Shown here: positions 34,438 through 48,713 of the stretch, in pieces
Numbering within the stretch: position 1 is the first letter of the stretch
Layout of the letters: each line of letters begins with the position of its first letter
From: Tubulanus polymorphus
Taxonomy: Eukaryota > Animalia > Nemertea
Direction: 5' to 3'
DNA length: 64,000 nucleotides
NCBI RefSeq assembly: GCF_964204645.1
Contig: NC_134030.1
Location: 13,244,957-13,308,956, forward strand
Notes under the pieces: model-generated
What the model saw: the letters and a program-made list of their open reading frames with translations, nothing else
The model's database searches: none
Told to the model about the DNA's origin: nothing
Position numbers and translations under genes: made by a program

Positions 34438-35928
34438 CGGATAGGCTAATCTTCCCATAGAAATGATCGTCTGACCAGGTTCCCTCAGTGACTCGCCTCG
34501 TTTACGTCGACGAGATCGTAATTCTGCAAGATGAATTTCTGCTCTATGGCTCGGTCCGAATCTACTCTCCAGAGCTGCACATTATAGAAAATAGTAAGTT
34601 ATTTTATCTCCCATCAGATTGCAAGCTAATTGTCTGGCAGCACCACGTAGATGAGAAAACAGCATATCAGCTTTAGTTGGCAAGTCCCATCCATTCAGAC
34701 GAGACACTGTCTCGAACGTTAAAAAGTAATCATTCCACGGTTCATCACCATTGGCAGGGCTCTTGACTCGATGTCGGAACCTCACAGTCACCCGAGCTCC
34801 GGCGCATCTTTTCCTCAGGTCCGCACGGTGTAACATCATATCGAGTGCCTCCCTGCACGATCTCCTCGTCCTGGCGTAGTATCTTGCCCCCATCTATGTG
34901 TCCAAAGACACCCCCCGACACTCGCCACTTCATAAAGAATTAGATTTTTAGACCTGGCCTCAAGAAAGTGGATCCTACTTCGTCCAAACGCCACCCCCCA
35001 CGACAGTGATAAGTCTTGTATTGAATAATATAGAAAATAATTATTGTAGAAACGAATAACTACTGTATAATTTATATACATATTTACATATTGCACGTGA
35101 AGTTTTTATCATAATAATTGAATTTGTACACCTCATTCAAATAAAAAGGTTAAATAAATGGTCTCAAAAAAATCATAATCTATCTTAGTTATAAATTATT
35201 TATTATTTATAATCTATCATCTATAAAAGAGGCTAGTGCAAGGATCTTTCCTTGCAAAAATCCACGATTAATGGTCGCTAAATTTAGGCCCACGAAGACC
35301 CAAAATAATGCCAATGGCATAAAATTAAAAAGAAGAGACAGATCTCACGACGCATGTCTCATCCGAAAGGAAAAAGCCGCCAGGTTGACTATTCCCGATG
35401 GATTAAAAATAGATACATATCGTCGAGTTGACTAACGTCAGAGCCCGGCCTGACCTGGGTTGCCCCAGGCCAGGAGAGCGCGTGTTATTGTTTACCTTTA
35501 ATCAATGTAGGTCAAGACGAGAGTGACGTTTGCGCGCGCTGACCCATTTTTATAGATTCCGCGCAGTGTGACGTCACCGTGCATGGAGGATGACGTCACA
35601 CAGCACAAAAAAATGGCCGCCGCGCAAAAGTTCCGAGTTTAAGAGTTTAGACGACTATACAAATAGTAAATCGGGATCTAACATAGTAAAATAAGGTGAG
35701 AGCGAAAAGTGATCAACCTAAAGTTTTGATTATTGAAAGCTGAAATTAATTATATTACTATATGCAGAGAAAATGAGGTGCACAGAATGTGAAATGAAAG
35801 GGGCGAGCTAATTATCGCCCAAAAACATTACAATTAAAAAACAATGAGGAGGGCTCCGCAGCGGAAAAACAGAAACTATACATTATAACGACAACATTTT
35901 AAACTATTTAACAGGAATTTCTGCTACA
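34438..35928 (-). mobile_element. Gypsy-like LTR element remnant with gag-like fragment
   Basis: EPWNDYFLTFETVSRLNGWD..KADMLFSHLRGAA resembles Ty3/Gypsy gag; ends GCTACA; 34762-35928 is repeated at 43172-44342. Confidence 0.6.
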
Positions 35929-36640
35929 CTTTGATGTCAGTGACCAGAATGGAATTACACAACGACAATTGACTTTAAACTCAACAAACATTATTAAAGA
36001 ATGTTTCAAACAAAATGCTTTATATAACGAAATGAATAAACTTGTTTTACAAAACAAGAAAGTACATTTTGAACTTTTGAATGGTCGAATCCCATTTATT
36101 CACAGTAACCTGTGATGTGGCGTTTCTCGGAGCCATCCTTCTTGATGACGTCACTAACAAGTGGTCACGGCCGTACACGTGCACTCATTTCTTTGAAAAT
36201 CTAGCTTCCTCGCGGAGCGGGACCTGGTGACGCTGCGCCCCGCCCCGCCCCCTTCGCGCTGAGAAATATCTTATTCCCAGTCAGCAGAGACAGGTTCTAA
36301 AGATCATAGAGTGCATCGCTGGAGGGTTTCCGATCCACATAATCGAATTTGAATTGGTGCGGTGGCGCTCTCAATGCGGAAGTTTTTGTCATTCCGAATT
36401 TTTCAGTCGGCGACGGACGTTTATCGTTGTAAGTGATGTAATATGTAAAAAAATACTGGGAAACCTATCTCAATTTGTTTTTAGCGATGCAATGCAGCGG
36501 AACTAATAAGGAACATTTTGATATATAACATGACCATAGTACACTATCCCGGATGGAATAATAAGCTCCACTCGACAAACTCGTTCCCGTGCATTTTTAT
36601 CTCTGTTTCAGCACACACACAGCCCCTCTACCTACCACCA
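35929..36640. repeat. Interspersed repeat; second copy at about 62772-63455
   Basis: CTTTGATGTCAGTGACCAG...CACACAGCCCCTCTACC colinear in both places. Confidence 0.85.
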
Positions 36641-39600
36641 ATGCTAGTCTAGTACCTAGCCGTTGTTCCTGAAACAAGGTCTAGGGCGAAAGTGCTCATA
36701 TAAGGTTAATTTTCGTCCCTCATTTTGCGGGACGAGGCTTTGAGCGTCTATTTCACCCCTTAAAAACACCATCAACTTACCTCAAACTGACTGTTCTGTA
36801 ATCAGATGGAAGTTAACTATTGATTGTGCATAAATTTGTAATCCTAAGTAGCTTTTGACGATCGTAGTAGCTCAAAACTTTTGACTAGTCGCCTCAAAAA
36901 ACAGTTGAAGTGAAGCAACATAACAAATATGGCGGCTTTTCGTGGTGCATGATGGGACTGTAAATTACGGATTAGAACTTAAACTTGTTGCCAATGCAGA
37001 TATTATTCTTGTTTCAAATTATTAAGGTTAAAATTAACCAAAATTTATGCGTTTTATCAACAAAAAATAACATTTAGAGTAATTTTAGAGAGACATATTG
37101 AATTTTCACATTTTATTAATTTAGTCCGTATTGGAAATACCGATAGTGGTAATCAATTCAATTCAAATCAAATCAATAAATTCTCCGGTTCGCGATTTAC
37201 ATCATCAAAAAACGTATTATAAAAAAAGTTTTCAAAGTCAACAAGGTAACTAATTCATTTATTTTAGTACAAAGGTTTGATTTGACACTAAAATCAGTTG
37301 CATTACAATTAACAGGAGTTAACCTCTATATGATACTTTAGCGTCAGACGTTGTACGGAACCGTAACAACGACTGGTATTCAGACTACCGTCAGACTGCC
37401 TGACCCCTGTTAGACCAACTGTGGGCGTTTTCCTTTGAAACATAAGCCTAATTGTAAAAGAAAAGCATTAATCTAAGTTAATGCCGCATCTTTATCATGA
37501 AACCTAAGAAAGATTATTCTATTATATAAGCCTATTCAAATTTTCTGTCCACTACCACGTGGAAAAAAGACCCAGTCAAAATTGTTGATCACGCTTTGAC
37601 GAAGAAATTGGTTCTAGGCTATAAATTTTACGACTCAAACGAATCTTTTCCTCAACAAAGCCGCTTTTAGTTTGATGCAAAATGTCATTTGCTTTTGAAA
37701 TGTGTAACTAGGCCTAATCAAAAGGATATTTCAAAAGCAAACTTTGCCGGGCCAAGAGCCATATTGAATTCAATTTTTTCGTCTCTTTCATCATAACATT
37801 ATTTATCCTATTTCAAGATCTTAGGCCTACAAGTAGAGAGAGGGCCTACGTTGGGTTCAAATCGGAATTTTAAGATTTATTTCATTTAATTCCAGGTTTT
37901 CACTGTAGATTATTAAAGACATGTGGCGTTGTGGGAGTTCATAGTTGTTTGATAATCCATCATTTGTAAGTGTAAGGCTATTTGAGGGATTCGAAACCGA
38001 CATTTTGTAGATTTTGTAGCTTTATTACGTTTAATTCCAGATGTTTATCATGACACGTTTCATTTTGGGGGTTTGTCAGCGAGTTGGTATGCTGTCGGCA
38101 GAAGTAGTGATAATTCGTTTCATGTAAGTAAACAGCTATTTGAAGGATTCGAAACCGAAATCTGTATTGTGAATTTTTTAGTTGTATTTTGTTTGATTCT
38201 AGGTGAATAGGACATGATTCATTTCGGGAGTTTGTCCGCGAGTTTGTATACTGTCAAATGAAGTTTCTTCGTCAATTTGTCGTATGTAAGTATCAATCTA
38301 TAGGTTATATAGGCCCTATTAGGGGTTCGATACAGAAATTTGGTGAATTCCTCAGATTTATTTTAATTTATTCCAGGTTGTTATCAGAAAAATATGTACT
38401 TTATTTCATAGGTTGGTCTTTGATTGAAAACTAAAAATGGATGATAGTTCTAAATTTGATGTTGATTCACATGACCAATCTAGTAAGTATGGCTCACTCG
38501 TCTTTTAGAATAAGAGACCTATTGCATTAATCCTTCAATTCAAGTTGCTATACAACCTTTTACACAGATATTTACCTTATCAATATAAACATGTATTTGC
38601 TATTAGCCATACAATTCAGTAAAACTTTTCCCGACCAGATTTTGAAACATCATTTGACTCAATTTTTCCTCCTAGAAAATTGCTTTAGCTCATTCCAATG
38701 TTCGCAGTAAAAGTGAATGTAGCATGTATGATTCCCATCCACCAATTTTGTCTTGTTTCGTATTTTAGCGAAAATCTCGAAAAAGTCTGACGTCGAGGCA
38801 GTTGGTGGCCAGACAAAGACATATTCTTGGGAAATATTTAAAGACGCATGGCAAACACACTTATTGTTCACTTTTTTCCGATCCTTATTTTGAAATTGAA
38901 GTATTGTAATAAACTATTGATTTATTTTTTGTTGATCAACGCAACTAGTTTTGTTGTTTTCTTTCTTAATTTACATTTGAATTGGATGGTCATCTTGCGT
39001 AGGAGTCAGTTTGTCATCGAAGCAATACAGTCTAACTTGTTGACGTCTCAGATGCAGCGGAGCAGGGCGGTCATTATATTGTGGACTTATCCAAATTACA
39101 CTTACACAGCCCAACGTGTTTCAGTGTGTAAACTCCGTCGTACTCGGCATTATAAGACAGTGAGGAATTGAGTTTTAGTCACCTGAGCCCTCGGCTTGAT
39201 TCGACCGAAAAGACCTTAACTGACTTCACAGAATTTGATTATGAGTCAAGGATTTTCTAAATTTCTGAATGCTTTCTCTGGTTTTAAGATCAATTCAAAT
39301 TCAATCTTCAAAATATTTTATTGAAAGAAATTCTACTGAAGACAGATTTTGAAAATGAAGGATATATCCAGGCAAATAATTACAGCATAATCAACTGATG
39401 ATCATCAAGGTGAAGTTTTCATTCATCTTCGGCTAATTTGTCTACCCCTGATGATCGAAGCATTTTGATTACTCGCGCCAATTAGTCAGCCACAGTCGAT
39501 TTTCATGCCATCTGCCCTCTTTCCATCTGTAATTAAGCAATCAAATGTAAGAATTACTTAGGTAAGGAGCGAAATAATATATAGATATCTTAGGAGACTA

Positions 39601-40665
39601 TTTGAAATCATGAGTTTGTTGTGAAAATCTATTACTACGTAGAGCATAGACACCAATCCACGTGGCATTGGTATTTTAAGGGCTATTCAGATTACTCCAA
39701 AACAAGTCAATGATTAACATTAAAAAAGCTTCATATCAAGGGTATGTCACAGGACTCGTGACGCCCATGGATTATCATCCCATAATTACAATGAATCCAA
39801 TTCTGCATGTACGTTAGCACGATTGATTACTAATCCAAGTATTGCATTACAAAAAAACAATTACGCAAAACGTCAAGTACTTACAGTATCTGAGACAGTT
39901 GCGCTTCAGTTAGAGTGTTAAGTTACGTCTTTGGCTGTCAATGTCGAAAAAGCCTAATTTGAAACATACATTTGCGCACTGTGGTTTAATATTCCTGCAA
40001 GAATCCGCAAAGGAATTGAAGACCGTAGTGACCAGTTCATTACACGAATAATAGCTGGAAAGAAAGTAATCAAAATAAATTGTCATGCACATTCAGTGTA
40101 AACCAGGCCATGAGTAGCTGCTATTAAGGCATTCCACTGACTGGCTCTACCCATTATATTTAGGGCCTAAATCTATTCTAGGCGCATCCCCCAAAAAGCT
40201 AGGCATTAAGTAAGTAGCCAACAATGATCATTGCTTCACCGAGTAGGCCTACTCATTTGCTACCATACTCATATGATTAAAGAAATCATTTAATACATTC
40301 CCTGGTTAACGGATTCTCACCTTAAAATACATAAATTCCGCTGTCGTTGTCATCGATCCGAGTCGTCAACTGAACGCGGAAGTAAAATTCCGTGTGAAAA
40401 TTCCTACAATTTCTGTCCATATCACGTTGATTTGAGCCCGAAATCTTCAGGAAATGTAGCCAACGTAAATTGATTTACGAATAGAATTAATCAATTGACT
40501 CATTTTAGAAATCATGGTTTCGTGAAATTCGTCAAAGTCCTAAAACTCGCGATAAATTTAAGCCGAAAATGATTTCAACCATCCACCATGTTGTTTCATT
40601 AATAAACATAAACAAATTGTTGCGCGCCGGCGCAGCTACGTGTCCTACCCAAATGCATGGTTTCA

Positions 40666-40729
40666 CTAGGATTCGAACCCTCGACCTCTCAGTTGGGAGT
40701 CAAACACCTTATCTACCATGCCACAGGAC
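40666..40729 (-). repeat. tRNA-derived SINE head or tRNA pseudogene
   Basis: Minus strand TGGCATGGTAG (A box-like) and GGTTCGAATCC (B box); acceptor stem poor. Confidence 0.5.
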
Positions 40730-41491
40730 AGGACGCTGTTTTCATCGTTAGTGGGAGTACCGGACAGGGCGAGTCGCGATTGCTACTACTATCATCCGGT
40801 GTTATCTCTCAGTAAGTAATTTTAAGTTTAAAATAGGACGGAGAGTGCATAGATATAATCTACGCGGTGCGAATGCGTGTTATATTACTATCAGAATTCT
40901 ACATTTCAATTAGAAGCTGTTAGTTGTCGAATCTGATAGAAGATGAATTTTATGTGCAAAAAAAGTGGAAAATATGTAAGTAATAATAATAACAATCAAC
41001 AGAATTACAAGAGGGTTTTCGACGAAAGTCAGAAAACCCTAATTATCACGCGAATTTCAATAGGGTTTTCTGTGAAGAACCAGAAAACCCTAATAAAAAA
41101 ATATGTTATTAAAATGGAGAGTAGGAAACAAGCACACAGTGAGAACAACAAATCATTTCTAGATAGAATAAAAGATATCACAAATGCTAAAATCAGTAGA
41201 TTATAAATTTAAGAAGTTAACAGAATTAACAATTCATAAGAAATATTTAATTACAAATATTGATACAGTTACTAACAAATATGGAGATAAATTAGTTATT
41301 CACTTAGAATGTAAAGGATTAAAAGGAAATAAATATAAATTCAGAACATATTTACAAGATAGATTTCATAGATTATCAAGTGAAGATTTAGAAGAATTAT
41401 GTTCAGGTGATTTCTTTTTCATATATAAGGGTAAGAATGAAAAAGGACACCATGAAATAGATTTCGAATAAAATAAAAATATGTAAAATAA

Positions 41492-42253
41492 ATGGTAGAA
41501 TTGAAAGAATATAGAAAATTTGTTGATTCAAGAAGACTTACAAATTATAAATCACATAATTCACTAGTACAATTAGATAGAGGATTTAAAAATTGTGTTG
41601 ATTTAAAATTAGTAAATGTAAGTTTATGTAATTCTTTTTATAATATATCGGGTAAATCTGTTGAACATAGAGCCTTTTTAATTTTTGATAAAAATAAAGA
41701 TGAATGGTCCTATATATATTTAAAACTGGGGTTATATAATTTAGATACATTATCGTTAGAAATTAATAGAAAAGCCTGGCACAAGTTAGGTAGTAATTCC
41801 GGGTTTAATATTAGATTTTTAAAAAATTAGAGTTCTGATAGAATAAAGATAAGGTTGTCTGATATTGAAAAACATAAATTTATGGTAAAAAAAACCTATA
41901 GCTAAACTGTTAGGAATTCCTCCAGATAGATCTTTCACAAATATTGATGCTACACCAAACTTAATGCCTTACACGCATATTTATATTTATTGCAATTTAT
42001 AATTGATCCTACAAAGACATTTGAAGCAACTAAAGATACAATTTGTAATTCTGGTTTATTGAATATTTTACCATTGAAGAATGTTAAAGATTTTGGAACA
42101 CAAATAAATTATAATTTAGCTGAGTGTGATTTCAAACAATGCATTCCTCAATTTAATAATTTTAGATTAGAAATTAGAAATCATAATCGATATTTAATTG
42201 ATTTGCATAACTTTCCTGTAATTTAGGATTAAGTTATAAGATGTAAAGTGTAA
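41492..42253 (+). pseudogene. Minor capsid-like gene, decayed
   Basis: ORFs 41492 and 41990 match 21834..22595. Confidence 0.7.
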
Positions 42254-42852
42254 TTTTTCACTATATAAATATGAATATGACAGTAGGACCGAGTATATGT
42301 TTTGGGTTTGATTTTAAACATGGTAAAGAAATGAGAATTAAACTAAATGATGTAATTACTGAAATTAAACGTAAATCATTTAATAATGCATCAATGATTA
42401 ATAAAGAAAATTATAATATAGAATAAGTAATTGATTTAATTAAAACTTAGAATATTATGAATTAAATGAACATGGAATTATCGATGATATTAAAGATATA
42501 TTATCTAAAATATATGATAATCATAAAAGTAGTAATGAAATAAATGTTGAAATAATTTTAACTAAGTTAACTAGATATTTTGAATGAGTGCTAATAAGTG
42601 GATAATAACTGTTTTATATAATGGAGCATTACTATCAGTTGATCTGTTGGTTATTCAATGTTATTAAAAAAGTATTTAAAATGGGAAGTGTTAATGTTGA
42701 TAGATTTGATATAAATGATATCTTAAAATTAACATTAGCAGTAACTTTATCTAATTTAACTATTGATGATTTGGAAAAACCAGAATATATTCCTCCTATA
42801 TAAATGCGTAATTTTTTGTTGTTACATAAATGGCATCTGCAATTATAACTAT

Positions 42853-44349
42853 TGTAGCCGGTACGCGTCCTCGATTTAGTGTCATCCTCTGGTAGCGACC
42901 GATAGGTGTCGTGATCATCGGGTCTCCTCAATAAGCGTGGCTACAGGGTCCGCCTTGGTCCTGTAGTCCCGGGGAGTGGAGCTACAAAGGGGAAATCCTC
43001 AGAAAGTTTCCGCCGAAAGGATGGACAGCTTCAGAGACAAAAAGTTTATAGTTCGTAAAAAAGGAAAAGGGGAGAAGGAAGCGAGTGTCAGAGGTAAGTC
43101 TTAACTATTGACCCAATTACACGGACCAGACAGGACAGGTGTCCGCCATGAGGTCTATCGAGTCAGGGCCCTTGACTCGATGTCGGAACCTCACAGTCAC
43201 CCGAGCTCCGGCGCATCTTTTCCTCAGGTCCTCACGGTGTAACATCATATCGAGTGCCTCCCTGCACGATCTCCTCGTCCTGGCGTAGTATCTTGCCCCA
43301 TCTATGTGTCTAAAGACACCCCGACACTCGCCACTTCATAAAGAATTAGATTTTTAGACCTGGCCTCAAGAAAGTGGATCCTACTTCGTCCAAACGCAAC
43401 CCCCCCCCCACGACAGTGATAAGTCTTGTATTGGATAATATAGAAAATTATTATTTTAGAAACGAATAACTACTGTATAATTTATATACATATTTACATA
43501 TTGCACGTGAAGTTTTTATCACAATAATTGAATTTGTACACCTCATTCAAATGAAAAGGTTAAATAAATGGTCTCAAAAAAATCATAATCTATCTTAGTT
43601 ATAAATTATTTATTATTTATAATATATTATCTATAAAAGAGGCTAGTGCAAGGATCTCTCCTTGCAAAAATCCACGATTAATGACTCAATGGTCGCTAAA
43701 TTTAGGCCCACGAAGACCCAAAATAATGCCCATGGCATAAAATTAAAAAGAAGAGACCTCACGACGCATGTCTCATCCAAAAAGGAAAAAGCCGCCAGGT
43801 TGACTATTCCCGATGGATTTAAAATAGATACATATCGTCGAGTTGACTAACGTCAGAGCCCGGCCTGATCTGGGTTGCCCCAGGCCAGGAGAGCGCGTGT
43901 TATTGTTTACCTCTAATCAATGTAGGTCGAGATGAGAGTGACGTTTGTGCGCGCTGACCAATTTTTATAGATTCCGCGCAGTGTGACGTCACCGTGCAAG
44001 GAGGATGACGTCACACAGCACAAAAAAATGGCCGCCGCGAAAAAGCTCCGAGTGTAAGAGTTTAGACGACTATACAAATAGTAAATCGGGATCTAACATA
44101 GTAAAATAAGCTGAGAGCGAAAAGTGATCAAACTAAAGTTTTGATTATTAAAAGCTGAAATTAATTATATTACTATATGCAGAGAAAATGAGGTGCACAG
44201 AATGTGAAATGAAAGGGGCGAGCTAATTATCGCTCAAAACATAACAATTAAAAAAAAATGAGGAGGGCTCCGCAGTGGAAAAACAGAAACTATACATTAT
44301 AACGACAACATTTTAAACTATTTAACAGGAATTTCCACTACACACTACA
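42853..44349 (-). mobile_element. TG...CA-bounded Gypsy-like derivative with 4-bp TSD CTAT, inserted in a Maverick gene
   Basis: CTAT|TGTAGC at 42849-42858 and ACTACA|CTAT at 44344-44353; about 1.17 kb shared with 34762-35928. Confidence 0.65.
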
Positions 44350-46980
44350 CTATAATAGGTCTGCAATTATTACTATTATAGGGTCAGCAATAGTTAACAC
44401 TTTAGCATTTACAGAGGGCGGATATTTGTTTAAGCATATTGATAGTTCACTAGGAGAACAAAGAAGACATAACTTAGCATTAGAAAAATATAATAAAGCT
44501 GCAGAAGAATATAGAGAAAAAAGACAAAACTATATGGATTACATCAGTAAAGAATTATATAACCAAAAAATTACAGATAGAGATTTTCAATCAGTCGATG
44601 AAGCTTTGAGTTTATATAACGCAGTAACAAATAAAGAAAAATTACATCTATATAAACCTAAATTATCAGGTTATTATACCCCAAGTAAAGAACAACAGAA
44701 ATATGAAATATTTAGGATTTTAGGAGGAACAGTTATTGTTATATTTGTTGCTTATAAATTCACTAATTAGTAAAAGTTGATAATATTGATATTATTCCTC
44801 ATGATATAAATAAAACTAAATTAAGATTATATTTGGAAAAACAAATATAAGAATTTGAATATGATTTAAAAATTAAAAAGAGAAAATATTTAAAAAGTAA
44901 AATTATATATTATTTTATTATTAGTGGTTCAGTTACAATTAGTTCTGTTATAACATTTCTAGCAATATTCTCACCATTTACTCCTTTAGCTATATCAATT
45001 GGTGTGTTAGGATTAAGTTCAAGTGTTTTAACCGGAATAAGTTCAAAATTGAATATAAAAAGTGATAAAGAAAAGATAAAATCTAATATAAAAGAAATTA
45101 ATGAATTAAAAAATACACTAGATTATATTATAAGTTAAAATGGTAATATAACAGTTGAAGACCAAGATAAATTATTAAAAGAATTAATCAATTGTTAATT
45201 TTTTTATTATATAAATGGCAAATTTTATATTGATGGTAGATAGTTTTCCAAAAGCTTTCCAATATAATAAATCAATTAAATATAATATTCCTGCAATAGA
45301 TTTTAATAAAGATATTTCATATAGAAATGAAGTTTTAAATTTATTGATTAATTTAGATATTTATGCCACTGAAACTAATAATTTAATGCAAAGATGAAAA
45401 ATATATTTCGTGTATATTTAATTAATTTAAAAAAAATGAAAAATAAAAAAACAATGGTTATTAAAATCTAATATGAAGTATTGGCAGAACCAATTAAGTT
45501 TTGCAGTTAATGAAGAAAACAGGTTGTGGAATTAGTCGGAATGATCATTTGAATAATTCTAAATAAAAATTAATTCAAAGTTTATTTAGATTCCATACTT
45601 ATTTTCAAATAAGATTAATATTAAATGAATGAGAGACTTCTTTGCCAGGATCTAGATATTTTAAGGAATTAGATAATAACATTAACTTATCAAAGTTTTA
45701 TAGAATTTGTAATGAATTTAATAATGATATAAATCATTCTAATTTTAGAACAAAACTTGGAACAATAAGATCACTTCCTTGCCCTAAAAAGATTGCAGAA
45801 TATTGAGCACTTCCCATACCATCTAATAGTTTTTATAATATCTATAATAATAAATCAGGTTATGGTAAAAAAGAAACTAAGGATTTAGAAACATTAAATT
45901 TCAATCAATTACCGAAATTCTATGATAATTTAAAAAAAGAAAACAATAATGGTTGGGTTTATTTCATTTTAGATTATAGTGAAGGTTTTACAAAATCAGG
46001 TAGACAAAGAATAAATCAATCAATTAGAACTTATTTCATATGTATTCTAGGATCACAAGTTGAAACAAGATCCCCAATAATTGGAAATTTAAATACATCA
46101 TTTGATACACAAAAACAATTCAAAGTATTATTTGAAGATTCAATTCATAATGATAAAAATAGATCGATTCCAGAAAATATAGTTAGGTATCAAAATTATT
46201 TTGATAAATCACATGTAAGATTAAATTATTGTCTAGGACCTAATTTATTAATTATTTCTGATGATTTAATATTAAAGATGGAAAATATAATTGGTTATAA
46301 TATTCTAATTAAAACTGCAACAATAAATAATTCATTTGGATTAAATGACTTAAATAAAAAGATTATTACTGCTCCAAAATTAATGGAAGGTGAAAAAATT
46401 AAAAAACATATTCAATCAACTGAAACTAAAACTAAAAATATTAAATTGGATAATGATTCTAAAATAAAAGATTACAATACATCAGAAAATATAAAAACTG
46501 ATATTATTCAGCATGAAATAATTAAAACTAATAATGATAATAAATCACATGAAAATACTAAATTAGCTATAACTTGTATAGGAATTGTAATAGGAGGAAT
46601 ATTATATTTCAATTTTTAATATTTTATTATATAAATGGAAGAAGATATTCCAATGGATACTTATGGTGACACCCCTGGTATAAGTGATGAACTGATTTTA
46701 ATGAAACTAATTTTGATACTGATGATGGATCAGCATATAATAATAATTTAAATAATGATGAAGATGATTCTAGTGGGCCTATATTATATGATTATGATGA
46801 ATTTGAGGATGATACTGAAACAGATAAAAAAATAATAGATTATTTAAGAACCCACGGTGAGATAATAATTAAAACTAGACCAGAAAGAAAAGATTTAATT
46901 AATAGATTAGAAAGAACAGAAAACCCTGAATTGAACAAAGAATTATTATACATAAAACATAGTGTAACAATTACCGTTAA

Positions 46981-47617
46981 AATATGAGTCCCACAATCAC
47001 AAGTTCGAAAAAGATTTAAAACATCAAAACTATTAGCAAAAATAATACTCTGGCCAATACTCATGCCGGTGTTATAAAATCCCTTGCTCAGATTGTGATA
47101 AATTTCATATAGGTGAAACTGGTCGCTCCCTCAGCAGTTGTATTAAAGAGCATAAGAAAGATATTATTAATCAAAAACCCCAAAGTGCTGTGGCTACCCA
47201 CGTTTGGGATACCAATGGTCATCAATTTGATTTTGATAATTCTCGTATAATTTTTTCGTCTCACAGTATTACCCGACGTCACATAGTTGAGTCGGCTTTA
47301 ATAAATTCCCATTCAAATTCCTGTGTCAATGGTAACCTTGGTTTCTCCCCTCATAATAAACTTTGGTCCCTATACATTTTCTCTCTGGTTAATATTACCT
47401 AGTTTTCATGTGGAATAGTGTGTGTCGTTCTTACTGGTATATATACTGCGAAATGTCATAATTGTATTCACTCTTGAGAATGCTTTTTAGGATAAAACCG
47501 AAAATTCGAGATTTTAATAAATTCTTTATAGTTTTGATGTTTTAAATCTTTTTCGAACTTTTGATTGTGGGACTCATATTTTATTTGTCTCTCGCGATTA
47601 ATTGCGTAGTTTTATCA
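46981..47617 (+). mobile_element. Truncated Penelope-like retroelement (GIY-YIG endonuclease end plus inverted pLTR)
   Basis: YKIPCSDCDKFHIGETGRSL..IKEH..SAVATH..ESALI; 46980-47034 is inverted at 47528-47582. Confidence 0.8.
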
Positions 47618-48713
47618 CGTTAACAAATACAGTTATTGAAGAATTATTACCAAAAAATGTAACTGATAACATTGAACCAGAAGATATTTCAGCACAAATT
47701 AGAAGAGATGACATACATTTCATGAATAATTTAGAATTCAAAAAAGATTCATGGTATTAAAATGTTGAATTAAATAACAAAACTGTATCAATTCAATTAT
47801 CTAAAATGGGACAAGAAGATCTGTACCATCCTGAAATGTTAGCAAGATCTACAATTGAAAAATCAAAAGGTGGTACAGAATTTCTCAGAATTATATGAAA
47901 TGCACTCGATAGAGTAAATGAAGAAGAACCAATTTCGAATATTGATATTAACAAATATTCACCATCCAAATCCTACTTATGTTGATCCAGAAATGGAAGA
48001 GTATGGAGATCGATTAGATAAATTAAGAACTTCAACACCAGAAACATCGAGAAGAAATATACAACAAATTGACAATGATTCAATGACAATGACAATGACA
48101 AGTCAATTACAATCAGTAAAAATTTTGATAGCATGTTAGATACAGTTCATTCATTTCAAGAAGAGATTAATAGTGTTTTAGATACACCCGGTACTGAAAC
48201 TGGAACAAATCAAATGCAACATTCATTAGAAAAAGGATTACTTGATTTAAATGAAGAACAATTAAAAATATTTCCTGAACAAGAACGTAGAGAAATTAAA
48301 GGTATGCAAGAATCAGCTGGTGAAATTGCATAATATGAATATTTAGATGAGATTTTCTAAAATAACTATGATAGAAAAAGAATTAACTAATGCAAATGAA
48401 GAATTAAAACAATTAGAATTGAATAGAGATCTTCAAGTAATTGATGAAGTTGAATATGAATGCAGAAAGTTAGCTTTAGAAAAAGAAATTGATGATCTAA
48501 AATATAACAAAGAATTACAGGAAAAAGAAAGAGATATATTATTGAAATCATATGATCTTAATCATATTAGAAAATTAAAAGTTATTTCTAAGGATTTAAT
48601 AATAAAACCAGATTCTAAACTATCATCGAAAGATAGAATAAGATTATTATTTAAACTAGAAGGTATAACAATTCTTTCAATTCTGACAGCTGTAACTATG
48701 TTATTTACAACAA

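Larger units (their letters stand above)
41093..48713 (+). mobile_element. Maverick fragment D: decayed structural block from the 117-aa gene to the coiled-coil/TM gene, with two nested TEs
   Basis: Same gene order as 22966 down to 17850, inverted; many stops and frameshifts. Confidence 0.9.

Noticed and set aside
40666-40729. Functional tRNA gene
   Set aside because: A and B boxes are present but a full cloverleaf is not supported; SINE-like
47470-47512. Hammerhead in the second Penelope pLTR (CTTGAGAATG...CGAAA)
   Set aside because: The core deviates from CUGANGA and helix II is weak; not supportable by eye
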